From the NCBI GenBank assembly GCA_016840085.1, contig JAEOTA010000085.1, positions 61,498-125,497 on the forward strand: 64,000 bases of DNA, read 5' to 3'. The DNA comes from Promethearchaeota archaeon. GTDB lineage: Archaea; Asgardarchaeota; Lokiarchaeia; Sigyniarchaeales; SOKP01. Every line of letters starts with the position of its first letter. The first letter of the stretch is position 1. A program made the translations under genes and the position numbers. Positions 61,938 through 64,000 of this stretch are shown here, piece by piece. The notes under the pieces are model-generated. The model was not told the DNA's origin, did not search any database, and saw nothing but the letters and a program-made list of their open reading frames with translations.

Positions 61938-61965
61938 TATTTAAAACCATAAGGAAGGATTTTTT
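61938..61965. repeat. 28-bp intergenic motif, copy 3
   Basis: TATTTAAAACCATAAGGAAGGATTTTTT. Confidence 0.8.
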
Positions 61966-62017
61966 ACAATAAAAAAATTAAAGAAAAAAAAGGAATTACC
62001 TTAATTTTGATTTATAA

Positions 62018-63874
62018 TTAAGACATTTTTCTAATCCGGTTTTTTTGGATAATTAATAAGGATATAACACTAAGAATAGTAATCAAGAGGTAATGGATTC
62101 CAAACGGAATGATTTCAACATCATCTCCACCGTTTCCATCTCCATTCATGGGAGGTTCCTCTACTTTAACGATAACCGTGTCAGAAATCCCGAACTGATT
62201 CTCACTATCGAAATATTCGATTGTATAATTGTAAAATCCTGATATAGTTCTATTAATAGGTACGTTAAGGGGGGTATTATTCGTCCAAGAGGTCCAACCT
62301 ATCCATTCATAAAAAACTCCATATGTATTATTGGCAAGTACATGATATTCCTCTCCGCTAACATCATCATATAATATCCAATTAATTGTTTCAGAACCAT
62401 TTGTAAGCGTTGTTATTATTCCAGGATGATTGGAAGTTGGGATATTGTCTATGAGATACCATTGCACCTCTCCAATGGAATTCAATTTCTGTGCGTAAAT
62501 ATCATAATTATTATTGCTTCTAAAATCGTCCCATGTTATGATAGCACCACCAAATCCATCGCTACATATGACAGAAAAACTTTGATCATTATTAGCTTTA
62601 GAAATAGAAACTCCATTAGGCGTCCATTGGGGATTCCCATTAGGTCCAACTCGCTGAGCATAGATATCATAATGAGTTCCATTTCTATAGTCCATCCAGC
62701 TTATAATCACACCACCAGCTCCATCACTAATAATATTGGATGCATATTGACTATTATTAGCAGCACAAACAATCTCACCATTAATAGTCCATTGTCTAGC
62801 TCCGGTTGAATTAACACATTGGACATAAATATCTATATCTCCATTTCGATCATCACCCCACACAAAAAAAGCATTACCCATATTATCACCATATAGACTA
62901 TAACCACCCATTTGACTACTTGTAGTATGAATAGGCACACCATTAGTAGTCCATTGTGTAGTTCCTACAGAATTAACCCGTTGAGCATAAAGATAATCAG
63001 GCGTTCCACCTCTATTATCCCACCAACTTATTATGGCGCCCCCTGATCCATCAGGACAAAGATCAGGGACACCTTGCCATCCGCCCAGAACACAAATGGG
63101 AGTGCCATTACCAGTCCATTGCGTAACTCCATTGTGATTTACCATTTGAGCATAAATATCATCTTCTCCACTTCGTTCGTCTGTCCATGCAATAATTGCT
63201 CCTCCTGATCCATCGCTACAAATATCAGAAGATCGCTGTATCCCATTTGCAGTGCAAATTTCAACTCCATTCGGACCCCATTGCTTAATTCCATTAAAAT
63301 TAATTCGTTGAGCATGAACATCATGCCAATCTGGTGTCCATGCAATAATTGCTCCCCCTGATCCATCACTACAAATATTCTCCAATTCTTCATCTCTATA
63401 TATTGAAATCACAACAGTACCATTAGGTATCCATTGAATATTTCCACTACTATCAATCCTCTGAGCATAAATGTCTCCCATTGTGTCATATCCGCCTCGA
63501 TAATCTTCCCAAGCAATTATAATTCCTCCAGAACCATCACTAATAATTCTTGGGGATCCTTGAATTTTAATTTCGGTACATATTGGTATCCCATTAGGAG
63601 ACCACAGAGCCTTTCCTGAAGAATCTATACGTTGTACATAAATATCATCACCAGTTGAGCCTCTATTATCTTCCCAGACGATAAAAGCTCCTCCTGAACC
63701 ATCACTAAGGATTTCTGGTTGGCGTTGATCTTCAATGGCAGTACATATTTTTATGCCATCACTGGATATTAAAGAATTTTTTAATTCAATACTGACTTCA
63801 CTCCCAATATTTAAATTTTGGAGTTGGTTATTCATAGCAGCGAATGTAAAACATAATCCAAAAATTATTAACAT
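62018..63874 (-). CDS. Cell-surface repeat (beta-propeller-like) protein with C-terminal sorting signal
   Basis: About 8 repeats of SDGxGGAIIxWxDxR...DIYAQRxxxxGxxxW; IIPFG-TM-basic tail. Confidence 0.88.
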   Translation of the reverse strand: MLIIFGLCFTFAAMNNQLQNLNIGSEVSIELKNSLISSDGIKICTAIEDQRQPEILSDGSGGAFIVWEDNRGSTGDDIYVQRIDSSGKALWSPNGIPICTEIKIQGSPRIISDGSGGIIIAWEDYRGGYDTMGDIYAQRIDSSGNIQWIPNGTVVISIYRDEELENICSDGSGGAIIAWTPDWHDVHAQRINFNGIKQWGPNGVEICTANGIQRSSDICSDGSGGAIIAWTDERSGEDDIYAQMVNHNGVTQWTGNGTPICVLGGWQGVPDLCPDGSGGAIISWWDNRGGTPDYLYAQRVNSVGTTQWTTNGVPIHTTSSQMGGYSLYGDNMGNAFFVWGDDRNGDIDIYVQCVNSTGARQWTINGEIVCAANNSQYASNIISDGAGGVIISWMDYRNGTHYDIYAQRVGPNGNPQWTPNGVSISKANNDQSFSVICSDGFGGAIITWDDFRSNNNYDIYAQKLNSIGEVQWYLIDNIPTSNHPGIITTLTNGSETINWILYDDVSGEEYHVLANNTYGVFYEWIGWTSWTNNTPLNVPINRTISGFYNYTIEYFDSENQFGISDTVIVKVEEPPMNGDGNGGDDVEIIPFGIHYLLITILSVISLLIIQKNRIRKMS

Positions 63875-64000
63875 TAAATTGAGTAAATTTTAACTTTAAA
63901 TCTTTTTATTTTTTTCTATTTATTTACTTGATTTTTCGAGCTAGAATAATAATCCATAACGATTTTTAATTCGTCGGCGTAATACTTCCTCTGAATTGAA

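Noticed and set aside
58568-61965. CRISPR array from the 28-bp repeats
   Set aside because: Spacings are 333 and 3037 bp and contain genes; no cas genes.
62400-63750. DNA-level tandem repeats as a mobile or diversity-generating element
   Set aside because: Explained by protein repeat units; no reverse transcriptase or template/variable repeat pair seen.
63941-64000. 3' end of a minus-strand gene entering from beyond the window (...FNSEEVLRRRIKNRYGLLF*)
   Set aside because: Too short to support a call.

Overview
AT-rich archaeal DNA that looks like Asgard archaea (Lokiarchaeia/Promethearchaeota). Support for this: Rag-, Rab- and MglA-type small GTPases, longin-like and arrestin-like proteins, Loki-CTERM-type surface proteins and GAGGTG/GGAGG Shine-Dalgarno sites. 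The centre of the window (13.5-32.1 kb, minus strand) is a large heterodisulfide-reductase-like cluster with 4 hdrA, 3 mvhD/vhuD, 2 hdrD-like (4Fe-4S + CCG) and 2 frhB-like genes. The ORF track fragments or misses the first two genes because they are selenoprotein genes. One is a 648-codon hdrA (32102..30156) with three in-frame TGA codons. The other is a 153-codon mvhD (30133..29672) with two. All five TGAs fall exactly on Cys positions of the Cys-type paralogs in the same window. They are followed by one eukaryote-like SECIS hairpin (29619..29686: AUGA / 9-bp stem / A-rich loop / GA), and the UGA of its AUGA core is the mvhD stop codon. Other highlights: a membrane-anchored TIR protein; a shared C-terminal beta-sandwich-like domain on three unrelated proteins, one of them an FrhB-like enzyme next to a Rag-like GTPase; a toxin-antitoxin module flanked by a 95-bp duplication of the mvhD 3' end; a 28-bp motif repeated upstream of three genes in a surface-protein island; and several genes broken by TAA/TAG codons. 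No rRNA, tRNA, CRISPR array or transposase was recognised. All calls come from reading the sequence by eye; no database searches were run.
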